From the sequence record MF459647.1: a stretch of 64,000 nucleotides of DNA; one strand, 5' to 3'. Positions 46,170-55,816 of the stretch are shown piece by piece. Position 1 is the first letter of the stretch. The number at the start of each line of letters is the position of its first letter. Below the pieces are notes generated by a model that was not told where the DNA came from, made no database searches, and saw nothing but the letters and a program-made list of their open reading frames with translations. A program made the translations under genes and the position numbers.

Positions 46170-46928
46170 ATGACCACTAAAAACAACTTCAAAAAGCAGC
46201 GTAAAGCCGTACAAAAGCGCAAAGCGCGTGAACAGGCAAATGCTCAGGCGAACCACCGTGCACGCTCTCAGCCCAAGGGCAAGAAGAAGCACCCGAAGTA
46301 CTCTGAAGAGTTCATCCACCGTTATATTCAGCAGCATGGGTTTGCTCGTGCCGTGGTTGACCTCAAGCTGGAGCCGGAGAACACCGAGTTCACCAACAAA
46401 GACATCGCGCAGATGATTGCGGAAAGCATCCCGCCGATCACCCGTACGCACGCTGGCGTTGAAGTGCTTGCTCGTCTTGCGAAAGAAGGCGTGATTGAAC
46501 TGACCGAAGAAAACCACGCGCTGATCGTTGACTACGACAAAGTGGTCGTGAAGTTCAACGAAGACGTCGACGCCGTCATCATGCTGATGGAAGCGAAGAA
46601 AGAGCCGGAAGAGTTCATGGAGCTGGTCGCGCACCTGACCGACATGCTGATGGACCTCATGACCACGTACCGTGAGCCGGTTATCCAGCTGATTGAATCG
46701 CACAGCGAGAAGGTCGAAGAGTACGTTAAAGAGCACCGTGCTGAAGACCAGAGCATGGATGCCTACATGAGCCTGCTCCACACTCAGCGCGCCGCAGAGA
46801 TCTATCCTCTTTACCGTACCGGCCTGACTGTGACTGAACACGTCGACGCTGAGTTCGCTAAGTTTGACGAACAGCTTAATGAAGCCGCTGCATCCGAACA
46901 GCCGTCTGAAACTCAACCCACTGAATAA
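46170..46928 (+). CDS. Abundant protein with Lys/Arg-rich N-terminal arm
   Basis: ATG at 46170 with AAAAGGAG RBS; KKQRKAVQKRKAREQ...KGKKKHPK followed by an acidic helical body. Confidence 0.75.
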   Translation: MTTKNNFKKQRKAVQKRKAREQANAQANHRARSQPKGKKKHPKYSEEFIHRYIQQHGFARAVVDLKLEPENTEFTNKDIAQMIAESIPPITRTHAGVEVLARLAKEGVIELTEENHALIVDYDKVVVKFNEDVDAVIMLMEAKKEPEEFMELVAHLTDMLMDLMTTYREPVIQLIESHSEKVEEYVKEHRAEDQSMDAYMSLLHTQRAAEIYPLYRTGLTVTEHVDAEFAKFDEQLNEAAASEQPSETQPTE

Positions 46929-46943
46929 CGGAACTTATTGACC

Positions 46944-48758
46944 ATGGAACAACAACCTGGATTTGATCCTGATCTGACCAAAGATCTCCTGACTGAAGAA
47001 GTTGCTCATGCCCCGCGTCCTAATATCGGGCAAGCAGCTTCTGTACAACCAACTCAGTCTCAGCCGGTTATCCCGCAACCTCAGCCTGTGGTTCAAGAAG
47101 CCGCTGCCGCTGTTCCGGTTAAAGAACCCGTCGCGCCAGCGCGTGCTGACCAGATTCACACGGCTGAAAACACGCCGTTCAAAAACTTCATCCCGCTGTC
47201 CAGCATCTTTATTAAGAAGCTGACCGAGAAAGAGAAGGAGCAGGGTTATCTGACCGTGTTCCTGGGTAACCACAAAGACGTTATCGAAGCGAAGAACGAG
47301 CTGATTCAGAAATGGCTGGTCTTCCGTGCGTCTATCGGTATGCTGGCTGACGGTGAAATCACCGAGCAGGAAGCGGAAAGCGCCCGTGCTAACTGGACAG
47401 AATATCTGCAGGCGAACCACCCGAGCGAAGACCAGGAAGAGATGGAGAAGTATTGCCTTGAGCTGTACCAGTTCATGGACACCATCCAGGACGGGATTAA
47501 AATCCGCAGCCGTCTGATGCAGGAAGACCGCGTTACTAACCTCAGTGACCGTGGCAGCAACTTCATCACTGGCGACATCACCGGTAAACAGCCGAAGGCC
47601 GTACTGAAGAACACCGCGCTGTCTGAACAGATGCGTCGTTCTGCACTGAACGCCAATCAGGACCTGTATGAGTTCGACATTTTGCTACGTAACTCGTTTG
47701 CTGGTCTGTCTATTCGTCGTCCTAACCTGCTTTCCCTGGGTAGCCTGGTACAGGCCATCAGTAATCAGGTAAAAGGCTACGTGCGTCAAATCAACAACCC
47801 GTCCGTTACCCTGGCGTACATTGCCGGCATTCGTTGCATGTGGGACTACGTGTCTAAGCTGATCCTTACCTGTTCAGTAAAAGACACCCGTGACTTCCGC
47901 GAGCTAGCTGACTCTATCCTGTTAACGGATGTGGACCAGTTGGCTGTGGGTCTGTTGAACTCCATCTACACTCGTGGCGTGCATCTCGAACTGCGTTGCA
48001 TGAACCCGGGCTGTAACTGGTCTGATTTTGGCCTGGCTGATCCATCGAAGCTGTTGGACATTCGTAAGAAGTTCGAAACGCCAGAAGAAGCTGCGGTATT
48101 CGCCAACATCATCAACCGTCGCCAGAAGTATTCTCGCGAAGAGATGGAGAAGCTGCAGAAGGCCACCAACTACGGTATTGAAGAGACTCGTGTGTTCGGT
48201 ACTGACGGCCGTCATTACTTCCGTATCTCTCCGCCGACGCTGACCCAGGCATTCGAAACCCTGGAGTTCTTCACGGAAACCATCAACCCGCGTATTCAGG
48301 AACTGCGTGCCAACACGCTGGACCCGAAAGAGTTCGAAAACGAACTCACTGCGCTGTTGACCTCTATCTCCTCTGCGGAATACCTGCACTGGATTTCAGA
48401 GTACGTGGTACTGCCGGAGCCGGGTAGCGATACTGAACCAACCGTGTACGCACGTCCTAAGCACGACACGGCTGAGTTTAACCGTGGTCTGATGGCTATC
48501 CTGGAAGATGACCCTGAGCTGGGTAATGCCCTGGTGAAATTTGTGTACAACAAATCACCGTTCCTGTCTCGAGTCTTTACCGGGGTTGACCACCACGAGT
48601 GCCCGGCCTGTAAAGCACGTTCTGATGAGCACGACGGTCGTCAGTTAGGCTTCACGCCGATCAACGCCTTCATGAGTTTTTTTACCCTTACCCAGTTGAA
48701 GCTCATGGTGAGAACGGTCCAGGCCGACATAACAAACCGCGAAGCCCTCTCGGATTAA
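46944..48758 (+). CDS. Zn-finger protein, putative tail/baseplate assembly chaperone (0-frame product)
   Basis: CMNPGC and CPAC Cys pairs; Pro/Gln-rich N-terminus; contains the slippery T7 run 25 codons before its stop. Confidence 0.7.
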   Translation: MEQQPGFDPDLTKDLLTEEVAHAPRPNIGQAASVQPTQSQPVIPQPQPVVQEAAAAVPVKEPVAPARADQIHTAENTPFKNFIPLSSIFIKKLTEKEKEQGYLTVFLGNHKDVIEAKNELIQKWLVFRASIGMLADGEITEQEAESARANWTEYLQANHPSEDQEEMEKYCLELYQFMDTIQDGIKIRSRLMQEDRVTNLSDRGSNFITGDITGKQPKAVLKNTALSEQMRRSALNANQDLYEFDILLRNSFAGLSIRRPNLLSLGSLVQAISNQVKGYVRQINNPSVTLAYIAGIRCMWDYVSKLILTCSVKDTRDFRELADSILLTDVDQLAVGLLNSIYTRGVHLELRCMNPGCNWSDFGLADPSKLLDIRKKFETPEEAAVFANIINRRQKYSREEMEKLQKATNYGIEETRVFGTDGRHYFRISPPTLTQAFETLEFFTETINPRIQELRANTLDPKEFENELTALLTSISSAEYLHWISEYVVLPEPGSDTEPTVYARPKHDTAEFNRGLMAILEDDPELGNALVKFVYNKSPFLSRVFTGVDHHECPACKARSDEHDGRQLGFTPINAFMSFFTLTQLKLMVRTVQADITNREALSD

Positions 48759-49207
48759 TCACCGAGCCTTACTTCTCGGCTGAGTACCTTCGGGTCTCTG
48801 GTAACCTGCTTGGGAAAGATATCTCGAACATCTCTCCTGAGCAGCTCCAACGTTATGAAGAGATGCTGTACGACTTCAACATGGGGTATTACCGAACGGA
48901 GACCATGACTCCGTTTTCGTCGGTGGCGTACATCAAAGAGGAAAACGAATTCTATCATCCTTTATCGTTTGAGGAGACTGGCAAGCGCTATGGGTTTAAC
49001 AAACTGCACGACGTTATTCCCATGGAGACGTACCTGAAGCTTCCGGCCTTTATGATAGACGATTTCCTTAACGGCATCACGAAAGGCAAAGAGCAACGGT
49101 TCAAGTTAGATAAGGATAAAGCACCGGCTGACGGTGACGCACCTAATGCTGAAATGCGAAACGTTGCTCTCCAACTCGAAAGTATCCTGAAGACTATGAA
49201 CAAGTAA
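48677..49207 (+). CDS. -1 frame extension of 46944-48758 (putative frameshift product, lambda G/GT-like)
   Basis: Frame is open from the T-TTT-TTT heptamer for 62 codons with no ATG/GTG/TTG before the ATG at 48863, which has no proper RBS; the upstream part reads as protein (LITEPYFSAEYLRVSGNLLGKDISNISPEQLQRYEE). Confidence 0.65.
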   Translation, partial: FFYPYPVEAHGENGPGRHNKPRSPLGLITEPYFSAEYLRVSGNLLGKDISNISPEQLQRYEEMLYDFNMGYYRTETMTPFSSVAYIKEENEFYHPLSFEETGKRYGFNKLHDVIPMETYLKLPAFMIDDFLNGITKGKEQRFKLDKDKAPADGDAPNAEMRNVALQLESILKTMNK

Positions 49208-49294
49208 TCTTCCTGTATCTCCTCCTCTGGCTACGGCTGGGGGAGGGATATTTTATGCATGCCTCCTTATTCTTTATTTATGAAAGGTGAAATT

Positions 49295-49915
49295 ATGGGT
49301 CAGCCTACCAAATCCGCTCCACAGATTGAAGAAGTGAAAGATCTTGCTTCTGAGAAAGAACCAGTCCTGGTACTGGATGAAGCACCTCCGGCTGCGCCGG
49401 TAAAAAGCACGGGTGCTGCCAACATCAAACTGAAAGATGTTGAGACCGTGAAGATTGGCGACCAGATTAGCGCCAAAGGGGATTTCGTCAGTGAACTGAT
49501 GATTACCCGTATCAACCAGCACATGGAATACCTGCGCGGCGAGAAAGGCTTCGCTACTGACGATGTGCGTTTCCGTGAAATGATCACCTTCATGGAAACC
49601 ATCGGCAACTCCACCACGCTGGGTATTGACCAGTACTGCGTGGTAACTGACTTCTTGATGAAGACCATCCGCGATAACCTGGATGACTTCAAAGAAGGTC
49701 GTGCCTTCCGCTTTATGCGTGGTCTGAGCCGTCACTATTCTGACTCTGCGATTGCAGCCTATCAGAACTACATGACCATGCTGATCCGTCTGGCTGGTGC
49801 GTACGCTGACCGCAAGCGCGTCTTTAAGAAGATGGACCTGGACTACATCACCGTAGGGATGCCGGTTGCTGCACGCAACAACATCAACACCTACATCCGT
49901 CGTCTGTGCGAATAA
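49295..49915 (+). CDS. Conserved hypothetical protein
   Basis: ATG at 49295 with AAAGGTG RBS; 206 aa. Confidence 0.72.
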   Translation: MGQPTKSAPQIEEVKDLASEKEPVLVLDEAPPAAPVKSTGAANIKLKDVETVKIGDQISAKGDFVSELMITRINQHMEYLRGEKGFATDDVRFREMITFMETIGNSTTLGIDQYCVVTDFLMKTIRDNLDDFKEGRAFRFMRGLSRHYSDSAIAAYQNYMTMLIRLAGAYADRKRVFKKMDLDYITVGMPVAARNNINTYIRRLCE

Positions 49916-49932
49916 AAGAAACAGCATAAACC

Positions 49933-49964
49933 CTACCCCTACTCCCGTTAAGGAGTAGGGGTAG
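49933..49964. terminator. Bidirectional terminator hairpin (near-identical to 43875-43902)
   Basis: CTACCCCTACTCC-CGTTAA-GGAGTAGGGGTAG. Confidence 0.8.
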
Positions 49965-49977
49965 TTATGTGGCTTAT

Positions 49978-51735
49978 TTAAAACTCTGCAGCTTTCAGTT
50001 TATTCAGTATGTCTTCTTTACCCAGCTTAATCAAATGAGACTCAAACACTTCCTGAATCTCACCGGCTTTCGGGAAGCGGAACAATTCATAGCACAAACT
50101 GATGGCGTTCGCTTGAGGACTGGAACCGTAGTTCACCCCAATCTCTCGGAACTTCATCATGTCAGCACCTTGAATGCGTGTGGCTTCCATCCGGGTAGTT
50201 TTGTTCCCTACGTTCAACGCAACGGTCTCGGTAGGATACGCCCCTTCAACGTCAACGTCATCGGTTAACCCACGTGCCATACTGACCACGTCACTTAACC
50301 CTTCGAACAGCACTTTACCCATGGCTGCGTTCTTCTCAGTTTCAAGAAGAGCAATCCAATCACCCAGCGTAGGCAGAATGTCGGTAAACGGCTTCTCACG
50401 ACGCGCACCGGTACAACCCCATACGTAACCATACTTCTTGGCAACGAACGACAGGGTGTCACTGATGATGCTTGGTTGAGACGGATAGTTGAAGTACTCG
50501 GAATACTTTAACAACATCGGCAGAGACAGTGACAGGTCATCCGTCTTATCGTTAATGTCTTCAATAACGATGTTATCTTTGATGTTGTACATGCAGTATT
50601 CGTACTTCGCGTTCTTCTGCATCCAGATGTGCCACGGCAGCGTACCCGGTAACAGATGCTCACCTTTATCGGTATAGAGCTTTCCGTCTACCTTCTCACG
50701 TTCAGCCGTTGCGTTCAAACCGTAGCTTTCCAGTTTGCCCTGCGGTGCACGTTTAATGGCATACTTACACGCGGCATCTACCCACTGCCATGAAGCCAAG
50801 GTACGAACCGTTGGGAATTTCTCCTGCCACTCTAACGGAGTGCGGTCGCCGTTCTCTTTTACCTTGTGAGTACGACCAGGATGAAACTCATAGTTACAAT
50901 AGTGGTTCGGTACACCTGGGTCACAATAGATACGAGCAACATCAAACCCATGACGTTTTAATGCGGTTTCGTTTTTCTCCATATCAAACGCGGCGTTCCA
51001 ACTGGCAATCCAATCTGGACTCCACTGGTGCCACTTTTCAATGTTGGCTTTAACGATTAACGCTTCGTTATCAAAGAGTTCGTATTCAACGTGAGAGATA
51101 CCACGACGGTTTAACGTCTCACGCAAATAGAGTTCTTCGTATTTACGCAGGTTCGCAATAATCTCTTCGTCGTTCTTTTCATCAAACCAGTTACGGTCTG
51201 CAGCAAAGTACGCTACCTTTTCAAAGGTAGTAGACGCCATGATGATTTCTTCATCCGGCGAATGCATGTTGGTTTCAACGTCGTATGCTGCTGTGCGGTA
51301 CGGTTCGGTTTCCTGATGTTCCGGATACTTCTCATGGAACTTCTGTTTGAACACAACCGGAATCGTCTGTTCACACCCAAACACATACTGGCTGCCTTTC
51401 ATCTGACGAAGCTGTGCAGTGACATCCGGACGGCCATACAAAATCTTACTGATGTTGTACGCTAACCGAGCACGACTACTGGTGTACTTCTTACACATGC
51501 GTTCGTCAATGTAATCTTTGTTCTGTTCGAACTTGCGGTACTTCTCTTTAACAATGTAGAAGTCCTGCTTGTAATCTTCAATACACGTGTATTGATTGCT
51601 TCGAGTGCCGTCTTCATGAATGTTTGTTATCTTGGCACCCAAAAGATCTTTCATTGGATCGTATCGGTGAACGCCGTAATTCGCGTGCTTACAAACACGA
51701 GCAACAATGGGTGAGGAATTAGGAGTCATTTTCAT
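49978..51735 (-). CDS. Family B DNA polymerase, 3'-5' exonuclease/motif A subunit (phiKZ gp82-like)
   Basis: ExoI AYDVETN, ExoII SWNAAFDM, ExoIII YNIKDN, motif A DVDVEGAYPT. Confidence 0.88.
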   Translation of the reverse strand: MKMTPNSSPIVARVCKHANYGVHRYDPMKDLLGAKITNIHEDGTRSNQYTCIEDYKQDFYIVKEKYRKFEQNKDYIDERMCKKYTSSRARLAYNISKILYGRPDVTAQLRQMKGSQYVFGCEQTIPVVFKQKFHEKYPEHQETEPYRTAAYDVETNMHSPDEEIIMASTTFEKVAYFAADRNWFDEKNDEEIIANLRKYEELYLRETLNRRGISHVEYELFDNEALIVKANIEKWHQWSPDWIASWNAAFDMEKNETALKRHGFDVARIYCDPGVPNHYCNYEFHPGRTHKVKENGDRTPLEWQEKFPTVRTLASWQWVDAACKYAIKRAPQGKLESYGLNATAEREKVDGKLYTDKGEHLLPGTLPWHIWMQKNAKYEYCMYNIKDNIVIEDINDKTDDLSLSLPMLLKYSEYFNYPSQPSIISDTLSFVAKKYGYVWGCTGARREKPFTDILPTLGDWIALLETEKNAAMGKVLFEGLSDVVSMARGLTDDVDVEGAYPTETVALNVGNKTTRMEATRIQGADMMKFREIGVNYGSSPQANAISLCYELFRFPKAGEIQEVFESHLIKLGKEDILNKLKAAEF

Positions 51736-51818
51736 GTCCTTGGCATTTTATGAAACTCTTAAAAAACTTTCGCTATAGTTATGCCTGCGCAGTGTTAAAT
51801 AACGAAGGACGTGCCGCC

Positions 51819-53195
51819 ATGATCGATATTAATTTCCTTGCACCATGGAAGGTGGAAGGTTTGGAATTTATGGACTTTCAAAACCGATTGTTTTATCATG
51901 AACTCAGAGACCTGTTTGAGTCGTATATTCGTCGGGATGATGGAAAGGTTCTTCTCAAGGGTTCAATTGAAGAAGACCTGTATACAATCATCGAACGCTT
52001 CACTGGATATAAGAACATCAAGCTGAAGCTGGTAGACTGGGGTAACTTTGCAGTAGACACGGCGTACTTCAACCCGAAAAACATTTTGAACAGCTCGGCG
52101 GCGGAAGATTACTTCTCACCTACTGACTCAACGTTAGGTAAGTGGTTTGCTAAAAACCGCAACAAGGCGTTCAAAGGCGGTGTTGATCGTAGCACGGGTA
52201 AAGTCACCGGTGCGTTCTGTGATCTTCCTGTGGAGCTGTACATCAACCGTCACCTGGACGACACCTTCCCGGAAGAGATGGTCAGGAAGTATAACACTGA
52301 TTATGCTTCGCTGTGTGCCGGCGTGGTTGTGCACGAGTTCGGTCATATCTGGGGCGGCTGCCTTATGATTACCCAGGCGGCAGAAGATAACTTTGTTATC
52401 AAAGCAGCCATCGAGGGAATGCGTAAGGTTACCCGAAAAGAAGAAGCAGTGGTTATCTTAAAAGATGCGGCTAAACTGCTTGAACTTGACGCAGTGGCCG
52501 ATAAAGAAATCATTGACCTGATTGACGGTAAAAACAAAGAAGAAGTCACCGTCATGTACTTCACCAAGATGATGACACAGCGTAACACTCGCCGTGCATT
52601 GTCACTGGGTGTCCCGCAAATGACCTCGGAAGTGTTGGCTGATGCCTACGCTATTCGTATGGGCTGTGACCGCGGGTTAATGCCAGCGCTGGCTATCCTT
52701 TATAGCACCGGGCGTTCAGGTATTCTCAAAACCGGTTTCTACGCCACCCTTATCTGTACTGTGATAATGCAGCTGTTGAGTGGTATTCCGGTATTGCTGC
52801 TGGTTATGGGTGGATGGTCTGCTTTCCTGCTGTACTTCTTCGGCATGACCTTCATCTATTCCATCATTACCTATCTCGGCATGAGTTATTCCGGTGATTA
52901 TAACTCGGACTACCGGCGCTATGATGACGCTATCCGTCAGCTGATTGCCCGGTTCAAAGAAGACAAGAACATGTCTTCCCACGACAAGTCCATGGCCATC
53001 AAAGAACTGGATAACTACCTGCAAATCGGTAAAACCATGAAGCCGCTGATTGATAACACTGTGGTGCACCGCACTATGGGTTGGTTGTTCAACGGCAGTG
53101 ATTTCAAACGTAACGAATTCGAACACTATTCCCAGGTCCTCGTTAACCACGAGATTAACCTGCTGGGTGACAAACTGGGTAAACTCATTGCCTAA
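51819..53195 (+). CDS. Virion head protein with Zn-metallopeptidase-like HEXXH and transmembrane segments
   Basis: HEFGH (52332-52346), downstream EVLADAYA, and a long hydrophobic stretch (LICTVIMQLLSGIPVLLLVMGGWSAFLLYFFGMTFIYSIITYL); first gene of the head-protein cluster. Confidence 0.68.
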   Translation: MIDINFLAPWKVEGLEFMDFQNRLFYHELRDLFESYIRRDDGKVLLKGSIEEDLYTIIERFTGYKNIKLKLVDWGNFAVDTAYFNPKNILNSSAAEDYFSPTDSTLGKWFAKNRNKAFKGGVDRSTGKVTGAFCDLPVELYINRHLDDTFPEEMVRKYNTDYASLCAGVVVHEFGHIWGGCLMITQAAEDNFVIKAAIEGMRKVTRKEEAVVILKDAAKLLELDAVADKEIIDLIDGKNKEEVTVMYFTKMMTQRNTRRALSLGVPQMTSEVLADAYAIRMGCDRGLMPALAILYSTGRSGILKTGFYATLICTVIMQLLSGIPVLLLVMGGWSAFLLYFFGMTFIYSIITYLGMSYSGDYNSDYRRYDDAIRQLIARFKEDKNMSSHDKSMAIKELDNYLQIGKTMKPLIDNTVVHRTMGWLFNGSDFKRNEFEHYSQVLVNHEINLLGDKLGKLIA

Positions 53196-53206
53196 AGGAA
53201 CTTATC

Positions 53207-53617
53207 ATGTCTCATCTGAAACACATCTCTGAACTGAAGCAGGCACTGGATACACTGGGTATCACCTGTCCGTTCAAACAGCAGGAACTGACCATGGAAG
53301 CGTACTTCCGTGCTATCCTGGTGTCGCACTTCCGTTACAACACGTCGCTGTCTATGACAGAAGACCAATCCCAGCGCTGCTGGAAACAGCTGGACAAGTG
53401 GAACTGCGTCTCCCCGATCAAAGCCCAGCTTATCATGACCAAGGTCGCCACCTTCCTGAACAGCCTGCGTAACTCCCTGGGTAACCGCGGCGTGAGCCTG
53501 GAAGAAGAGCCATCCCTGGAACTGCCGGACGGCACCAAACAGTGCCTGTGCAGTCTGGAAACCTTCAACGACCTGGTTCAGTACCTGGCCAAAGAAATGA
53601 GGGAAGGCAATGAGTGA
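53207..53617 (+). CDS. Small virion-cluster protein
   Basis: AAGGA RBS, 136 aa. Confidence 0.7.
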   Translation: MSHLKHISELKQALDTLGITCPFKQQELTMEAYFRAILVSHFRYNTSLSMTEDQSQRCWKQLDKWNCVSPIKAQLIMTKVATFLNSLRNSLGNRGVSLEEEPSLELPDGTKQCLCSLETFNDLVQYLAKEMREGNE

Positions 53618-55148
53618 TACGCCGGTTTCTTCAATGACCCAAATCAACAAAGGGAACACCACCGCTTACCTTCCGGGTGACGATGATGATACCCAGCGTG
53701 TTGATCTGGATGAGTACTACGAAGAATGCGAGCAGACTCACGTCACAAAGATGGTTACCGGTGCTGAAGCGTTTTTCAGTAAAGGTGTGCTGTCGAAATC
53801 CCTGGCGCGTCTCAGCGGTCTTTCCGGGTGCGAAAATTACGACCCTATTCCGTCCCGTATGAATGCACGACTGGGCGGGGAAGGGTTTGTTAGCGTTATC
53901 GTGGATAGCTTTAAGAAGTTCATTGAGAACATCATTAAGTACGTCAAGATGGCGGTGAACTGGATTGTGGATTTGGTGAAAACCCTGCTCGGTTATAAAA
54001 AGACCAAGCGTCAGGTTGAACAAGCCACGGCGGAAATGGAAAACATCAAGAAGGAGTTCAAGGAACTGCTGAAAGGACTGGGCTTCCCGTCTGACAAGTG
54101 GGACCTGGACAAATTCATTGCGGACCCTGAAGTGTCGTTTGACCGTATGGGTGCTTTCCATATCCTGCGCAACAAGTTCATGGATGATGCAGAAGCCATC
54201 AAACGCCTGGGTGAATCTCTGCCTACGTTTGTAACGGCCGTTGAGTTTATGAACCAGTCCAGCAAAAACGTCAAGCGGGCCAGCGATAACTTCCACAAAG
54301 TGATTCACAATGTGGCGGGTGAAGTCCGTAAGGGTAAAACCGATGGACGTGCTGAGCTCGAGCTGATTAAGCAGGCCGGTCATGAAATCAAGTTAGCCAC
54401 TAACTTCGAAGGCATTACCACCAAGCTGAGCGAACTGTACAACGCTCTGTACACCAACACTGACGGCAAGGTTATCAAAGAGAACAAGTTCTCGAACGAA
54501 GCATTGCAGGAAGGGTACATGGAAATCCGTGCGCAGCTGCAACAGCTGATTACCACGTCTTCTGTATCCATCCAGTCAGTGCCGGACCGTCAGACGTTAC
54601 TCAGCAGCATCGCCGATGCATCAGCCCGTTACGTTGCGCTGAAAGACACGGACATCGATCTGTCGCACATCGACTTCAAACAGTACGGTGACCTCATTAA
54701 CAAACAGGATGCGGAAATCATTCGTGAGATTGATAAGCTGACCGGTGTTAATGGTGCGTTGATTTCTGCCTACAGTAATACGGCGAAGATGGTGCGTGAC
54801 TATACCCAGTTCTGTCACAGCATCATCAATGTCCTGAACCAGACCAACAAACAGTTGGAAAACCTCTGGCTCTGGCATAGCCGTGCGCAGCAGATGATCT
54901 TCTTCTACGTGCTGAAAGACTTCGAAGGCATTGTTGAGCTGAACAAGCAATATATCGCCATGGGTATGAACCCGTACGCTAACGGTGAAGGCATTCCTCG
55001 CGTGGATGGGTTCATTAAGTATGATGACCGGGTAACGATGTTTGAAAAGATTGCGGGTACTGCCAACGATCTGCTCGAAGAGAACATCAACGGCATCAAA
55101 GACAGCATCCGTAACTTAAGCCGTTCTTTGGGGTGGACACCACGATGA
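53610..55148 (+). CDS. Processed inner-head protein
   Basis: Acidic propeptide with GAE, GCE and GGE motifs followed by GFVSVIVDSFKKFIENIIKYVK, typical of phiKZ-type head paralog families. Confidence 0.72.
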   Translation: MSDTPVSSMTQINKGNTTAYLPGDDDDTQRVDLDEYYEECEQTHVTKMVTGAEAFFSKGVLSKSLARLSGLSGCENYDPIPSRMNARLGGEGFVSVIVDSFKKFIENIIKYVKMAVNWIVDLVKTLLGYKKTKRQVEQATAEMENIKKEFKELLKGLGFPSDKWDLDKFIADPEVSFDRMGAFHILRNKFMDDAEAIKRLGESLPTFVTAVEFMNQSSKNVKRASDNFHKVIHNVAGEVRKGKTDGRAELELIKQAGHEIKLATNFEGITTKLSELYNALYTNTDGKVIKENKFSNEALQEGYMEIRAQLQQLITTSSVSIQSVPDRQTLLSSIADASARYVALKDTDIDLSHIDFKQYGDLINKQDAEIIREIDKLTGVNGALISAYSNTAKMVRDYTQFCHSIINVLNQTNKQLENLWLWHSRAQQMIFFYVLKDFEGIVELNKQYIAMGMNPYANGEGIPRVDGFIKYDDRVTMFEKIAGTANDLLEENINGIKDSIRNLSRSLGWTPR

Positions 55149-55816
55149 CCGAGAAAACTGAACTGATGGATTTCGCTGAACTCGAAAACCGTCGTGATGT
55201 GGCTGTAGCCGCAGCAGAAGCCATGGCGGAAGAGTTCGCTCGTCTTGAAGAGCTGGCTGACAGTCCTATCAGCGGACAAACGGTTATTGCAATCGTTTCC
55301 AAGCTGGCTCCGAACGATCTGATTCGAGTGCAGGAACGTGTGATGTCAGCAGAGTGTCGTGAAAACGGCTACGTACTGAAAGACGCACGCTTCAACGGCC
55401 CGGACTCCTACTACCACGGCGTGATTGAAAGCATTAACTCTGTCATGAAGGGTTATCGCGATCATATCGTTGATGTCTTTGCGAAAGCATTGGCGAACCT
55501 GTCTTCTGATTCGTCTAAAGCTGGCGACATCTATGCAGACATTGGTCGTGTGGAACAGTTGTCCGTGTGGTTCGGTACAGAAGCCGGTGTGGTCGTCACT
55601 GACTGGACTGATATCGTGCCGTTCAAACAGGAAGAAGGTAACTACCTGTTAGAGTCTGCTCCGGTTGAACGGTTTACCGAACACCTGGATGCATTCATTG
55701 GCTACTCTGCACTGAACTGCGGTAGCGTGTGGGCACTGAATAACGATCTGCCGAGAATCAAAGAGCGTATCAGACTCCTGCAGTTGTTACACAAACGCGT
55801 TCACAGCTATCTGTAA
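55145..55816 (+). CDS. Hypothetical protein
   Basis: ATGA-coupled to the previous gene; followed by the hairpin 55830-55853. Confidence 0.68.
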   Translation: MTEKTELMDFAELENRRDVAVAAAEAMAEEFARLEELADSPISGQTVIAIVSKLAPNDLIRVQERVMSAECRENGYVLKDARFNGPDSYYHGVIESINSVMKGYRDHIVDVFAKALANLSSDSSKAGDIYADIGRVEQLSVWFGTEAGVVVTDWTDIVPFKQEEGNYLLESAPVERFTEHLDAFIGYSALNCGSVWALNNDLPRIKERIRLLQLLHKRVHSYL

